Source: Candidatus Babeliales bacterium
GTDB lineage: Bacteria; Babelota; Babeliae; Babelales; JBFXEV01
Direction of reading: 5' to 3'
NCBI GenBank assembly: GCA_050179755.1
Contig: JBFXEV010000001.1
Coordinates: 297,994-361,993 of the forward strand
Length of the DNA stretch: 64,000 bases
Shown here: one piece after another, positions 9,566 through 19,253 of the stretch
Position numbering within the stretch: the first letter of the stretch is position 1
How the letters are laid out: the number at the start of each line of letters is the position of its first letter
Made by a program: the position numbers and the translations under genes
The notes under the pieces: generated by a model
What the model was told of the DNA's origin: nothing
Seen by the model: only the letters and a program-made list of their open reading frames with translations
Databases searched by the model: none

Positions 9566-10309
9566 TTACTTAAGTAACTGAGTTTTAGTCGCTACCATGA
9601 ATAGAAGAATTCCTGCAGCAACTGAAGCATTATAAGAAACCTCAGGTGATACTTGAGGTAAAAATACAGTTTTGCCTTGCCGTGCAATCTCTGGAGCAAT
9701 GCCAGCACCTTCATTACCAATAACCACGCACAACGGCATAGCATAATCCATCATATGTGCTGGCTGAGCGTTTTTATCAACCATCGCCATATACATGGTA
9801 TAACCTGCTTCTCTTAAAAGTTGCACCGCAGCTTTAGTTGAAGGCGCTTGATAGATGGGCATATGCTCGGCAAGACCAGCAGCAGATTTTAAAGCTGTTG
9901 CGGTAAGCGGCGATGCGGCCTTTTCTACAATAATCACACCTTGCACGCCAGTACAATATGCAGAGCGTATGATAGCGCCTGTGTTACGCGGATCTTGAAT
10001 ACTATCAAGCAAAAGAAGGAATGGTTGTTTTATTGGATCAAAAAATTTTTTGCGATAGACAAATGGTGATGCAAAAGCTACTACCCCTTGATGATCAGTA
10101 GTGCCTGCAAGTTTTGCAAGGACATCACGAGTAACGTACTGAATCTGCGTACCTTTTGGCAGTAGACGAACTATTTGATCCCATGATTTCGGTTCAGGTT
10201 TGGTGGTATATACCACGGTCAGCTTACGCTGCTTTGCCTTTAAAAGTTCTACTATCGGGTGAATCCCAAAAATGAGTTCAGTCTGTTTGTCTTGTTTTTC
10301 TCTTGCCAT
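9566..10309 (-). CDS. rlmB: 23S rRNA Gm2251 methyltransferase (SPOUT, RlmB/TrmH family)
   Basis: IFGIHPI, HQGV, LDSIQDPRNTGAIIRSA, IGNEGAGI, SYNASVA. Confidence 0.9.
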   Translation of the reverse strand: MAREKQDKQTELIFGIHPIVELLKAKQRKLTVVYTTKPEPKSWDQIVRLLPKGTQIQYVTRDVLAKLAGTTDHQGVVAFASPFVYRKKFFDPIKQPFLLLLDSIQDPRNTGAIIRSAYCTGVQGVIIVEKAASPLTATALKSAAGLAEHMPIYQAPSTKAAVQLLREAGYTMYMAMVDKNAQPAHMMDYAMPLCVVIGNEGAGIAPEIARQGKTVFLPQVSPEVSYNASVAAGILLFMVATKTQLLK

Positions 10310-10538
10310 CGCTAGTCTTTCACAAATGTTAATCTTATACGTAGTATAGCAGAAAAACCTGGAATTAATGCGTACTAATGCAACTTTTTATCCATTTTTA
10401 AGAAATTCTTAATATATTTTATGCCTCCCCTGCCGGCGGTCAGAACTTCACCCTACTCAGTTTATATGACTCTTGACTTAGTATTATATAGTATAGTATA
10501 TTAAATAGTAGTACTGGTCTCAAAAATCAAGGCTTTTT

Positions 10539-10856
10539 ATGAAATTATGGCAAATAAGATATTGGACTATAGGTGAGACTAGAGGTCCCGTTGCAAAATG
10601 GCTTGATAAATTACCTAAAGACCATCTTAAATCGGTTGCCAAAGAAATAAGCATACTTGAAGAAACTGGAAATAATCTTAAATTGCCGCACAGCAAAGCC
10701 CTGTCTAAAGGTCTTTTTGAATTAAGAGAACGACAATATGGATATCGAATATATTATTGTTTTAAAGGTGAAATGATAATTATATTGCTAGCCGCTGGTG
10801 ATAAAAAGAGCCAAGAAAAAGACATTAAGACAGCTCGTGAACGATTATTAACATAG
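10539..10856 (+). CDS. RelE/ParE (HigB/Gp49-like) toxin
   Basis: PHSKALSKGLFELR...YRIYY...LLAAGDKKSQEKDIKTA; toxin-first order. Confidence 0.85.
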   Translation: MKLWQIRYWTIGETRGPVAKWLDKLPKDHLKSVAKEISILEETGNNLKLPHSKALSKGLFELRERQYGYRIYYCFKGEMIIILLAAGDKKSQEKDIKTARERLLT

Positions 10857-10873
10857 TAATAAGGAAACAATCT

Positions 10874-11182
10874 ATGAGAACAAAAAGTTTTAATAAGTAT
10901 CTTGAAGAGCGCTTAAACAAAGAAGAGATAGCTGAAATTAAAACACAAGCACATCTTGAAGTAAAAATATTAAGAGCTTTACAAGATAATATCTCAAAGG
11001 CTTTAAATGACTATATGAAAAAAAACAATGTTGGCTTCAATGAGCTTGTTAAACTTTTAAATTCTAGTCCAGCACAGGTCGCAAAGATACAACGAGGTGA
11101 AGCAAACTTAACATTATCTAGCGTAGCACATATATTTGCATTAATGGGTCAAGAACCTGATATACTTAAACTTAAAAAATGA
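10874..11182 (+). CDS. XRE-family HTH antitoxin (HigA-like)
   Basis: HTH with AQVAKIQRGEANLTLSSV; immediately follows the toxin. Confidence 0.8.
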   Translation: MRTKSFNKYLEERLNKEEIAEIKTQAHLEVKILRALQDNISKALNDYMKKNNVGFNELVKLLNSSPAQVAKIQRGEANLTLSSVAHIFALMGQEPDILKLKK

Positions 11183-11398
11183 AGACCTAGAGTGTATTTA
11201 AATAGTTTTATATGTTTGCCTTATTTCTCTTTGCCCCATCGCAGCCTTTCTTTAAAAAATGATAGTTGTTTAATCTTAGCATAAAATACGCCACAATCAG
11301 CTTATTCAAGACACCTTGACAGAGAAAAATATTTTTTGATATTCTAAAAAATGAAAAGGAATTTATCGTAAAACCTCATAACCTTAAAGGAGCACGGT

Positions 11399-11995
11399 AT
11401 GGTTACACATACACGGTTACTCTCTGGCTTACTTGGTCTTATGACAATCACAGGCCAAGCGCGCGCAACTGTTTATTACCTTCAAGATGACGCATGGTTT
11501 AACACTATGCATAAAAACATGCAAGAAATGCATGACCGCATGAGGCAAAGCATGCAAGAAATGCAACAAATGTTTGATGAACGTTGGCAGTCCATGGCAG
11601 AACAATCGAAATCATCTGGCAAAGATGCATTAATGCTAGATGCTACTGATACGCAGGTTATCATTACGCTCAACATCACTGGCGCAGTTTCTGAGAACAT
11701 GAAAGCCGAGCGCAATCTTGATACTATCATAATCGAAATACCCCATGAGGAAGGAACTTCAATTATGAAAGTTTCAAAATACGCTTTAAGCTTACAGCAT
11801 ACTCAAGAAAACAAGAATGCTGATGGGTCTAGTGCAAATCGGCACACGTATTTAGAACGTACACTGCCCCATGAAGTTGATATGAATGATGATATTAACA
11901 TTGAACATGTGGAAGAAAGTAATACTTTGCAGATTACTCTTTCTCGTAAGCATAAAAAGAAATCACCTCAACGGTTGCCTATTACAAAAAAATGA
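11399..11995 (+). CDS. Hsp20/alpha-crystallin-like protein with N-terminal signal peptide
   Basis: Met-rich helical N-region; ERTLPHEVD...NTLQITLSRK and C-terminal RLPI (IxI-like); AAGGAG RBS. Confidence 0.55.
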   Translation: MVTHTRLLSGLLGLMTITGQARATVYYLQDDAWFNTMHKNMQEMHDRMRQSMQEMQQMFDERWQSMAEQSKSSGKDALMLDATDTQVIITLNITGAVSENMKAERNLDTIIIEIPHEEGTSIMKVSKYALSLQHTQENKNADGSSANRHTYLERTLPHEVDMNDDINIEHVEESNTLQITLSRKHKKKSPQRLPITKK

Positions 11996-12135
11996 ATTCT
12001 CAAAGTCGATAAGGACGTATTACGAGGCCTGGCCAACGCGCTTGGCCTCGTTCTCTTTATTAAGCAATAGCCTTCTAAAAATCATGCATTACCGTATACT
12101 AGTATTACCAACAAAAACTTAACCAAGGAATTTGC

Positions 12136-12840
12136 ATGTATATTGTTGAAGGTAACATAGGCGCTGGTAAATCAACGTTTCTCAAACTAATAGCCGAGCA
12201 CATTGCTCATATTAGCGTTGCTTTTGAACCACTCCATAATTGGCAATCGCAGGTCTATGGCCAATCGTTACTTTCTAACTTCTACCAAGATACCACACGC
12301 TGGGCTTTTACCATGGAAACGTTTGCCATGATCTGCCGTGTGCGTGAGCATATGCATGAGCAACAGCAAAATAACCCAAACCGTATCATGGAGCGTTCTA
12401 TTTATTCAGGGCATTACTGCTTTTCGGTCAATGGCTATAAGCAAGGATTCGTTTCTGACTTGGAATGGGGACTTTATATGCAATGGTTCAATTTCCTAAT
12501 CCCTAATAAATGCCAACCGCCACTTGGGTTTATCTATCTAAAAACTAGCCCTGAAATTGCCTATGCCCGACTTAAAAAACGCAATCGCCTTGCAGAAAAG
12601 AAAATTAGCCTAACCTATCTTAAACAGATTCATGAACATCATGAAGCATTCTTAATTCATAAGGAAGGCTTATTGCCTGATCTTAAAACCGTGCCCGTGC
12701 TAGTGCTTGATTGCAATGAAGACTTTGAAGAAAATCCTGTAAAACTTCAGGAATTATTTGAAAAAGTTCAGGATTTTATGCTGCAAACGCAGGTGATTGC
12801 TGCGAAGAATACTCATATCACCCCATTGACATTCAACTAG
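12136..12840 (+). CDS. Deoxynucleoside kinase (dNK family)
   Basis: IVEGNIGAGKST, EP, MERSIYS, RLKKRNR lid. Confidence 0.92.
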   Translation: MYIVEGNIGAGKSTFLKLIAEHIAHISVAFEPLHNWQSQVYGQSLLSNFYQDTTRWAFTMETFAMICRVREHMHEQQQNNPNRIMERSIYSGHYCFSVNGYKQGFVSDLEWGLYMQWFNFLIPNKCQPPLGFIYLKTSPEIAYARLKKRNRLAEKKISLTYLKQIHEHHEAFLIHKEGLLPDLKTVPVLVLDCNEDFEENPVKLQELFEKVQDFMLQTQVIAAKNTHITPLTFN

Positions 12841-12880
12841 TATTATTCTATATTATTTATTATAGTAAATAATTCAATGA

Positions 12881-13336
12881 ATGGGGTTAAAAATGTATTT
12901 TTTCGATATATATTCTTTAGCAAATCAATTAAAAGAAAATACGATGCCAGCCCAAGATGAAACGCTGTATTATGTTGGCGTTTTACTGTGCGGTGCAATT
13001 ATGGGTAAACCGTATTTGTTGACTATAAGTATTGCCATGTATTATTTATATAGAATAAATAAACAAGGGGATGACAAAGATTTCCTTAAACGCTCAATTC
13101 CTCTTATATTTACTACCTCTTTATATTACTTATTGGCTTTTTTCGTACTCCAAATCGCTCTTTTGGCACCCACATTTATAATTGCTGGATTATATGGCGA
13201 AACTAAAGCAGATTTTTTTGTTGTGACAACCTTCCTGCTTTATTTGGGCATATATATTGGCCTGTTTATCTCATATTTATCTTTTATGGGAAAGCAGATG
13301 CGCACAATTTCTCAAAAACCAGTAATTTTAGAATAA
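12881..13336 (+). CDS. Small integral membrane hypothetical protein
   Basis: 3-4 hydrophobic segments; N..GD.KDFL.R motif. Confidence 0.65.
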   Translation: MGLKMYFFDIYSLANQLKENTMPAQDETLYYVGVLLCGAIMGKPYLLTISIAMYYLYRINKQGDDKDFLKRSIPLIFTTSLYYLLAFFVLQIALLAPTFIIAGLYGETKADFFVVTTFLLYLGIYIGLFISYLSFMGKQMRTISQKPVILE

Positions 13337-13343
13337 GTATTAA

Positions 13344-13370
13344 AACCGCCAGAAAGCTTCTCTGGCGGTT
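13344..13370. terminator. Bidirectional hairpin terminator
   Basis: aaccgccaga-aagcttc-tctggcggtt between convergent genes. Confidence 0.7.
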
Positions 13371-13387
13371 ACTCTTTTGATATATCA

Positions 13388-14596
13388 CTATTTAATTTTA
13401 TACACTCTGTGCTTGCCTACTTTTACAAGCATGCCTGATTTCCACGTAATTTCTGCTTTAAAATCAGTAACTGGCTCATTATCAATCTTTACTGCGCCAT
13501 CTTCTATGAGTCTTTTGGCTTCTGATGAATTTTTAACAGCACCTAATTGCTTTAAAAAATCTACAATCCATAGGTTTTTTGGCGTATCTTGCTCCAGCGC
13601 AACTTCAGTACCTTGTGAAAGATCATGATTTTGAAACACTGCTTCAAACTTTTCTTGCGCAGCATCAGCATCTGATTTTGACCAAAATTTCTCCACAATA
13701 TCATGCGCCATTTGCTTTTTTAAAGCCATGGGATGCAAGGTGCCTCCTGCAATGCGTTCTTGTAACACAGAGATTTCATGGTCGGTGGTGCCAAGCAATA
13801 ATTTAAAGTAACGCCACATGAGCGTATCCGATATGGACATTAACTTGCCATATGCTTGATCGGCAGGCTCGGTAAGCCCAATAGCGTTACCCAATGATTT
13901 AGACATTTTCTGCACGCCATCAAGGCCTTCAAGAAGTGGCACTGTTAAAATAACTTGCGGCTCTTTGCCATAATGCTCTTGCAAAAATCTACCAAACAGC
14001 AAATTAAAGGTTTGATCAGTACCACCGAGCTCCACGTCGGCATTAAGCGCTACCGAATCATAACCTTGAAATAAAGGATATAAAAGTTCATGAAAACTAA
14101 TTGGTTGGTTATTTTCAATACGTTGCGTAAAGTCCTCACGCTCGGTCAGACGAGCAAGTGTAGTTTTGGCACATAATTTTACAATATCAATTGGCGTAAG
14201 CGCGCCAAGCCATTCTGAATTATACCGAATAATTGTCTTTTGAGGATCCAGAACACGGGAAACTTGTTCACAATACGTTACTGTATTTCTTCTTATCTCC
14301 TCTTGAGTAAGCGGTATACGTGTTTTAGATTTCCCTGTTGGGTCACCAATAGCCGCCGTAAAATCACCAATCAAAAAGATCACGTCATGACCAAGATCCT
14401 GAAACTCTCTTAATTTAGAAAGCACCACTGCGTGGCCCAAATGCAAATCAGGTGCCGTAGGATCTGCTCCAAATTTTATAACAAGCTTTTTACCTGACTT
14501 TATTTTTTCAAGAAGGCCACCTTCTGGTAGTGATTGTGCTGCGCCTCTTAGTAATTTTTCACACAATGCAGAAGAAGTAGATTTTTCATGTACCAT
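13388..14596 (-). CDS. tyrS: Tyrosine--tRNA ligase
   Basis: KFGADPTAPDLHLGH, IGDPTG, GGTDQTFN, KMSKS, C-terminal S4 domain. Confidence 0.97.
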   Translation of the reverse strand: MVHEKSTSSALCEKLLRGAAQSLPEGGLLEKIKSGKKLVIKFGADPTAPDLHLGHAVVLSKLREFQDLGHDVIFLIGDFTAAIGDPTGKSKTRIPLTQEEIRRNTVTYCEQVSRVLDPQKTIIRYNSEWLGALTPIDIVKLCAKTTLARLTEREDFTQRIENNQPISFHELLYPLFQGYDSVALNADVELGGTDQTFNLLFGRFLQEHYGKEPQVILTVPLLEGLDGVQKMSKSLGNAIGLTEPADQAYGKLMSISDTLMWRYFKLLLGTTDHEISVLQERIAGGTLHPMALKKQMAHDIVEKFWSKSDADAAQEKFEAVFQNHDLSQGTEVALEQDTPKNLWIVDFLKQLGAVKNSSEAKRLIEDGAVKIDNEPVTDFKAEITWKSGMLVKVGKHRVYKIK

Positions 14597-14611
14597 ATAT
14601 GTTTACCAAAG

Positions 14612-15286
14612 TTAAATAAATTTTAAAATCGATGCTATCACAAAGCCCGCGTGTTCAATAAGCGTATTGATAACACCCATCAATTGAGAAAGAAATAGTA
14701 TCATTAATAATAAGGGGCCAAAATTAAGAAAATATTGTGCATCGGGATCGTCTTGCTTTTCAGGGAAAAATAACAATACGCCAAGCTTAAAAAAATTACT
14801 AATTCCTGAAAGCGCGGCAAGCCATACGCTTAACCGAATAAGGGTAACCAAGATAAGCATGCTCACAAAAGCAAAAGCCGTGTATTGTGGATAGGCGCTA
14901 CGCAGTTGTTCAAGGCTTACTTGTGATTGTAATATGCCTGGTCCAAACACAGCAACTAATACCACCAAAGCTACAATGCCGGTAAGAATGTTCATAAATG
15001 TGTCGGCCATATAGGCACAGATTAACTTAGGCTTACTCCCAATATTGCGAGAATCTATAGGAATTCTGCGCCCCCACCCAAACTTGAGAATCAAAAAGAA
15101 AAAAAGACCCAATGGGTCAATATGCATTAAAGGGTTAAGGGTAACAAAGCCCTCTTCTTGCGCAGTATCATCACCGCATAGATAGGCTACCCACGCCTTA
15201 AAAGCACCGCTCGTGGTTACTGCAATCATATAGACTAATAAAAATAAGAGTATACTAAGTAGAAATTGTGCTACATCTAATGTCAT
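14612..15286 (-). CDS. Site-2 protease (M50) homologue lacking the zinc ligands
   Basis: AWVAYLCGDDTA..G.VTLNPLMHIDPLG and FGW motifs of small M50 proteases; HExxH position reads SGAFK. Confidence 0.7.
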   Translation of the reverse strand: MTLDVAQFLLSILLFLLVYMIAVTTSGAFKAWVAYLCGDDTAQEEGFVTLNPLMHIDPLGLFFFLILKFGWGRRIPIDSRNIGSKPKLICAYMADTFMNILTGIVALVVLVAVFGPGILQSQVSLEQLRSAYPQYTAFAFVSMLILVTLIRLSVWLAALSGISNFFKLGVLLFFPEKQDDPDAQYFLNFGPLLLMILFLSQLMGVINTLIEHAGFVIASILKFI

Positions 15287-15611
15287 GAGAATCCTAGTAG
15301 TTAGGTTGTATACCTAAGACTAAAAGAATTTTGCGTGCCGGTCAATGAAATTAACGTAACCGATATAAATTATTTTCTAATGAAACATACCATGCAGAAC
15401 AAGCTCTAGATCGCATCAAACTTATAAAAGCATTACACCTAGAAATGAGGAAGGATTGACAAGCATAATTCAATTGTAGTATAACTACAGTATGAGCTGT
15501 AACAGGTTTAATAATCTAATAAAGAGAAAGGGGAAGTAGCCTTATCTTTGGAAAAATTGGGCAAAAAGTAAAAAGGTTGTGATAAAAATGTTCAATACAT
15601 AAGGATATCTA

Positions 15612-16157
15612 ATGGAACACTTGAAAAAAAGCCTTGCATTATTAATGATGGTGAGCTTCGTTTTCGCTGGCAATGTAATAAAAGCAGATGATGAAGAATG
15701 TGGAAATGAATTAGTTGGTGGCGTAATAGTTGTTAAAGAATTGGTAGGTGCTTGGGTAGTTAATGCAACTACTCTTGTGGAAACAGGAACTGTTGAAACT
15801 GAAGTGCATGCCCTTGGCAACTTTAACTTTATGGTTGATGGAAACTACGTTTCATTCTTAACACCGGCAGCACCAGAAGCAGCCCCTGCGTTTGCCACAC
15901 TCGTAGAAGGCTTAACAGCTGGTAGCGGCGTATGGCATGATGCTGGTCATCATAAATACAAAGGTACAGATGTTCGTTCTGGCTCAAATGCACGCGTAAA
16001 AAATGAAGTAAGAATTCAAATAAGCAAATGTGGCAATAGATTCACTGGCACAATTAATTCTACTTATTACCCATCTGATGCTTTAGAATTTAAGAATGCA
16101 TTACCTTGGTCTCCTGTAAAATGGAAAATTGAAGGTGCACGCGTTCAATCTAAGTAA
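15612..16157 (+). CDS. Secreted beta-rich hypothetical protein
   Basis: Signal peptide ending VIKA; AAGGA RBS; downstream hairpin. Confidence 0.7.
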   Translation: MEHLKKSLALLMMVSFVFAGNVIKADDEECGNELVGGVIVVKELVGAWVVNATTLVETGTVETEVHALGNFNFMVDGNYVSFLTPAAPEAAPAFATLVEGLTAGSGVWHDAGHHKYKGTDVRSGSNARVKNEVRIQISKCGNRFTGTINSTYYPSDALEFKNALPWSPVKWKIEGARVQSK

Positions 16158-16196
16158 CAAATAATAACAAACGTTAAGAATTGTTAAGAAAATATG

Positions 16197-16232
16197 AAAA
16201 TAGGCGCAAGGTTTACTCCGTGCGCCTATTTT
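16197..16232 (+). terminator. Hairpin terminator
   Basis: aaaataggcgca...tgcgcctatttt. Confidence 0.65.
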
Positions 16233-16268
16233 ATTGACCAGTTGTTCCTGCCTTGCTATCCTTAACAC

Positions 16269-18734
16269 ATGGATAAAAGATACGAACATTTGATTGCCCA
16301 AAAAGCTGCTCAGCAAAAATGGGAATCAGAAAACACTTATAGCTGTGAAAATAACCCAGGGCCACTCTATAGCATAGATACGCCACCACCCACCGTTTCG
16401 GGCTCTCTCCATATTGGTCACATATTCTCCTATACACAAACTGATATGCTTGCCCGTTACCAACGCATGAGCGGTAAATCTGTATTCTATCCGTTTGGTT
16501 TTGATGATAACGGCCTGCCTACCGAAAAATATGTGGAGCAAAAATTAGGAGTGCGTGCTCACGAGTTGGGGCGATCAGCATTTATTAAGCTTTGCCTTAC
16601 CGAAACTAAACTTGCGGGCGAACAATTTAAAAGCTTATGGCAACGAATTGGCCTTTCGTGCGATTGGAATCAGGTTTATTCCACAATTTCTGACGACGTA
16701 CGTAAAATTTCACAAGAATCATTTATTAGACTTTTCAAGCAAGGCTCAATTTACCGCAAGTACGAACCGGCGCTTTACTGCACTACGTGTAGAACGTCAG
16801 TGGCGCAAGCCGAGCTTGACGATCTTGAAATGCCTTCTACTTTTAATACCATTATTTTTAAAGCTCAAGATGGCTCTGATCTTAAAGTAGCTACAACGCG
16901 ACCTGAGTTATTGCCCTCATGCGTTGCACTCTTTTATCATCCTGACGATAAACGCTATCAAAAATTACAAGGCACTAAGGCGATAGTTCCGGTATTTGGA
17001 TTTGAAGTCCCTATTTTGCCTGATACTTCAGTTGCGATTGATAAAGGCACAGGCCTTGTAATGTGTTGCACGTTTGGTGATAAAACTGACATTCATTGGT
17101 TTAAACTCCATAAATTGCCATATAAACAATCCATTGGCCTTGATGGTAAATTAACCGAAAGTTCTGGGATTCTTGCAGGATTAAAAGTTAAAGATGCGCG
17201 TGAACGTATTTTAGAAGAGCTCAAAAGCCAAGGTTTACTTGCTGAACAAAAACAAATTACACATTCGGTTAATGTGCATGAACGTTGCAAAAAAGAAATT
17301 GAATATGTAATGCTTTCTCAGTGGTTCTTGAATATATTAGATCATAAACAAAAATTCCTTGATTTTGGCAATCAAATTGAATGGTATCCTGCCTTTATGC
17401 AAACCCGCTACCGTGATTGGGTTGAAAATTTAAGCTGGGATTGGTGTTTATCACGCCAACGCTTTTTTGGTATACCGTTCCCGGTGTGGCATTGCGCTGA
17501 TTGCAATGAAATTATTGTTGCAGATATCAATCAGTTACCAGTTGATCCGCAAGAAGCTAAAGCGCCAACGGCATGCACAAAATGTAAAAGTACAAAGTTA
17601 ACGCCCGATACAGACGTTATGGATACGTGGAACACTTCATCTATAACTCCCTATATTTGTTATGGATTATTCGATCGTACAGCAAAATCTGTATTTGAAG
17701 CTCCAGGAAGAAAACAATTTTTGCCTATGAGCATGCGCGCACAAGCACATGATATTATACGCACGTGGGCATTCTATACTATTATTAAATCAGCACTCCA
17801 CGATAACGATATACCATGGGAAAGCACCGTAATCTCTGGCCACGTATTAAGCGATGCTCAAGAAAAACTTTCAAAATCAAAAAGTAATGCAAAGCTTTCT
17901 CCTGAAAAGTTACTCGAAGACTATCCTGCTGATGCAATACGCTATTGGACTGCATCAGGAAGCCTTGGCCAAGACGTAGCATTTTCTGAAAGCCAAATAA
18001 AAATTGGCATACGATTGATGACTAAGCTTTGGAATGCGTTCTGGTTTACGCGTGAGCATACGGCTCAGGTTAAAAATTTGCAAGATGCGCCCAAAAATCT
18101 TGGTATGTTAAATGAATGGATCTTACATCAAGCCACTAAAACGTTTACCGATTACACCAAATATCTTGATAAGAATGAAATGAGTATTGCCCTGCAACAC
18201 GCAGAACAGTTCTTTTGGAATGATTTTTGTGATAATTACTTGGAGCTTGTGAAAGATCAGTTATTTAACCCAGATAAATATCCACACGAACAAATCACTG
18301 CAACACGTTGGACACTTGGTATTGTTGGATTACGCATATTACAATTATTTGCGCCCTATTTACCATTTATCACCGAAGCGATTTATGAAATTGTGTATGA
18401 GCCACTATTAAAAACAAAATCGCTCCATCAAACTCGTTTTGCAAACGCACAAACACCCTATACGTTTGAAGCAAGTTCTACTGTAATGGCGGACGTACTC
18501 ACGATTATTGGCGCTGTGCGTAAACTAAAATCTGAGCAGCAGCTATCGCTCAAAACTGAATTACGAGAATTAAAAATTGTGGGTGCTGATACTGCGCGAA
18601 CAAACGCGCTGAAAGAGCACGTGCAACTTATTAAAGGCGTTACACAAGCACAGGATATTGTGTTTAGTGCAGAACCAACTGAAACAAAACTTATTCAACA
18701 TGGTGAAGCTGTGAGTGCGATTGTTGCCTTATGA
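16269..18734 (+). CDS. valS: Valine--tRNA ligase, short archaeal-like type
   Basis: DTPPPTVSGSLHIGH, GFDDNGLPTE, GTGLVMCCTFGD, WDWCLSRQR, KLSKS; no long C-terminal coiled coil. Confidence 0.95.
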   Translation: MDKRYEHLIAQKAAQQKWESENTYSCENNPGPLYSIDTPPPTVSGSLHIGHIFSYTQTDMLARYQRMSGKSVFYPFGFDDNGLPTEKYVEQKLGVRAHELGRSAFIKLCLTETKLAGEQFKSLWQRIGLSCDWNQVYSTISDDVRKISQESFIRLFKQGSIYRKYEPALYCTTCRTSVAQAELDDLEMPSTFNTIIFKAQDGSDLKVATTRPELLPSCVALFYHPDDKRYQKLQGTKAIVPVFGFEVPILPDTSVAIDKGTGLVMCCTFGDKTDIHWFKLHKLPYKQSIGLDGKLTESSGILAGLKVKDARERILEELKSQGLLAEQKQITHSVNVHERCKKEIEYVMLSQWFLNILDHKQKFLDFGNQIEWYPAFMQTRYRDWVENLSWDWCLSRQRFFGIPFPVWHCADCNEIIVADINQLPVDPQEAKAPTACTKCKSTKLTPDTDVMDTWNTSSITPYICYGLFDRTAKSVFEAPGRKQFLPMSMRAQAHDIIRTWAFYTIIKSALHDNDIPWESTVISGHVLSDAQEKLSKSKSNAKLSPEKLLEDYPADAIRYWTASGSLGQDVAFSESQIKIGIRLMTKLWNAFWFTREHTAQVKNLQDAPKNLGMLNEWILHQATKTFTDYTKYLDKNEMSIALQHAEQFFWNDFCDNYLELVKDQLFNPDKYPHEQITATRWTLGIVGLRILQLFAPYLPFITEAIYEIVYEPLLKTKSLHQTRFANAQTPYTFEASSTVMADVLTIIGAVRKLKSEQQLSLKTELRELKIVGADTARTNALKEHVQLIKGVTQAQDIVFSAEPTETKLIQHGEAVSAIVAL

Positions 18735-19177
18735 TTTTAATCGAAAATAGTCAAACCGCGATTCCTATCAATACGCAAGAAATTGAGCGCATTGCACAAA
18801 TCCTTTTAAATGCACTTAATTATACTGATTATGATCTTGGTATCCTCATCACTACAAATGAAGAAATGCATGACTATAATAAAGATTATCGCGGTCAAGA
18901 TAAACCTACCGATATTCTTTCATTTCCGTATCACCCTGATCTAAGAGCAGGAGAGCGTATTAACACTCAAACTCAAGATGACAAAAACTTAGGTGATATA
19001 ATTCTTGCACCACAGTATATTATGGACGATTTAGAGCGCTGGGAACAATCTTTTGAGACGCGTATGAAGGTGTTGCTCGTTCATGGCATATGCCATTTAC
19101 TTGGCTATGATCACATTGAAGATGCCGACTATGAGATCATGAAACAAAAAGAAGAAGAATTGTTGGCACTCCTATAA
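18731..19177 (+). CDS. ybeY: rRNA maturation endoribonuclease YbeY
   Basis: N..YRGQDKPTDILSF, LGDI, HGICHLLGYDH; ATGA overlap with valS. Confidence 0.95.
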   Translation: MILIENSQTAIPINTQEIERIAQILLNALNYTDYDLGILITTNEEMHDYNKDYRGQDKPTDILSFPYHPDLRAGERINTQTQDDKNLGDIILAPQYIMDDLERWEQSFETRMKVLLVHGICHLLGYDHIEDADYEIMKQKEEELLALL

Positions 19178-19253
19178 CCCCTTTTGACATATTAAAATTT
19201 TTGGTTCACCCTTTTTATTAATGAAGTTAATTTTTTAAAAAAAAAGGGTTGCA

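Noticed and set aside
11270..11398. CIRCE/HrcA operator upstream of the Hsp20-like gene
   Set aside because: TTAGCA is present but there is no matching TTAGCACTC-N9-GAGTGCTAA inverted repeat
16158..16268. T-box riboswitch before valS (or tyrS)
   Set aside because: Leader too short and no T-box consensus; the hairpin is explained as the upstream gene's terminator
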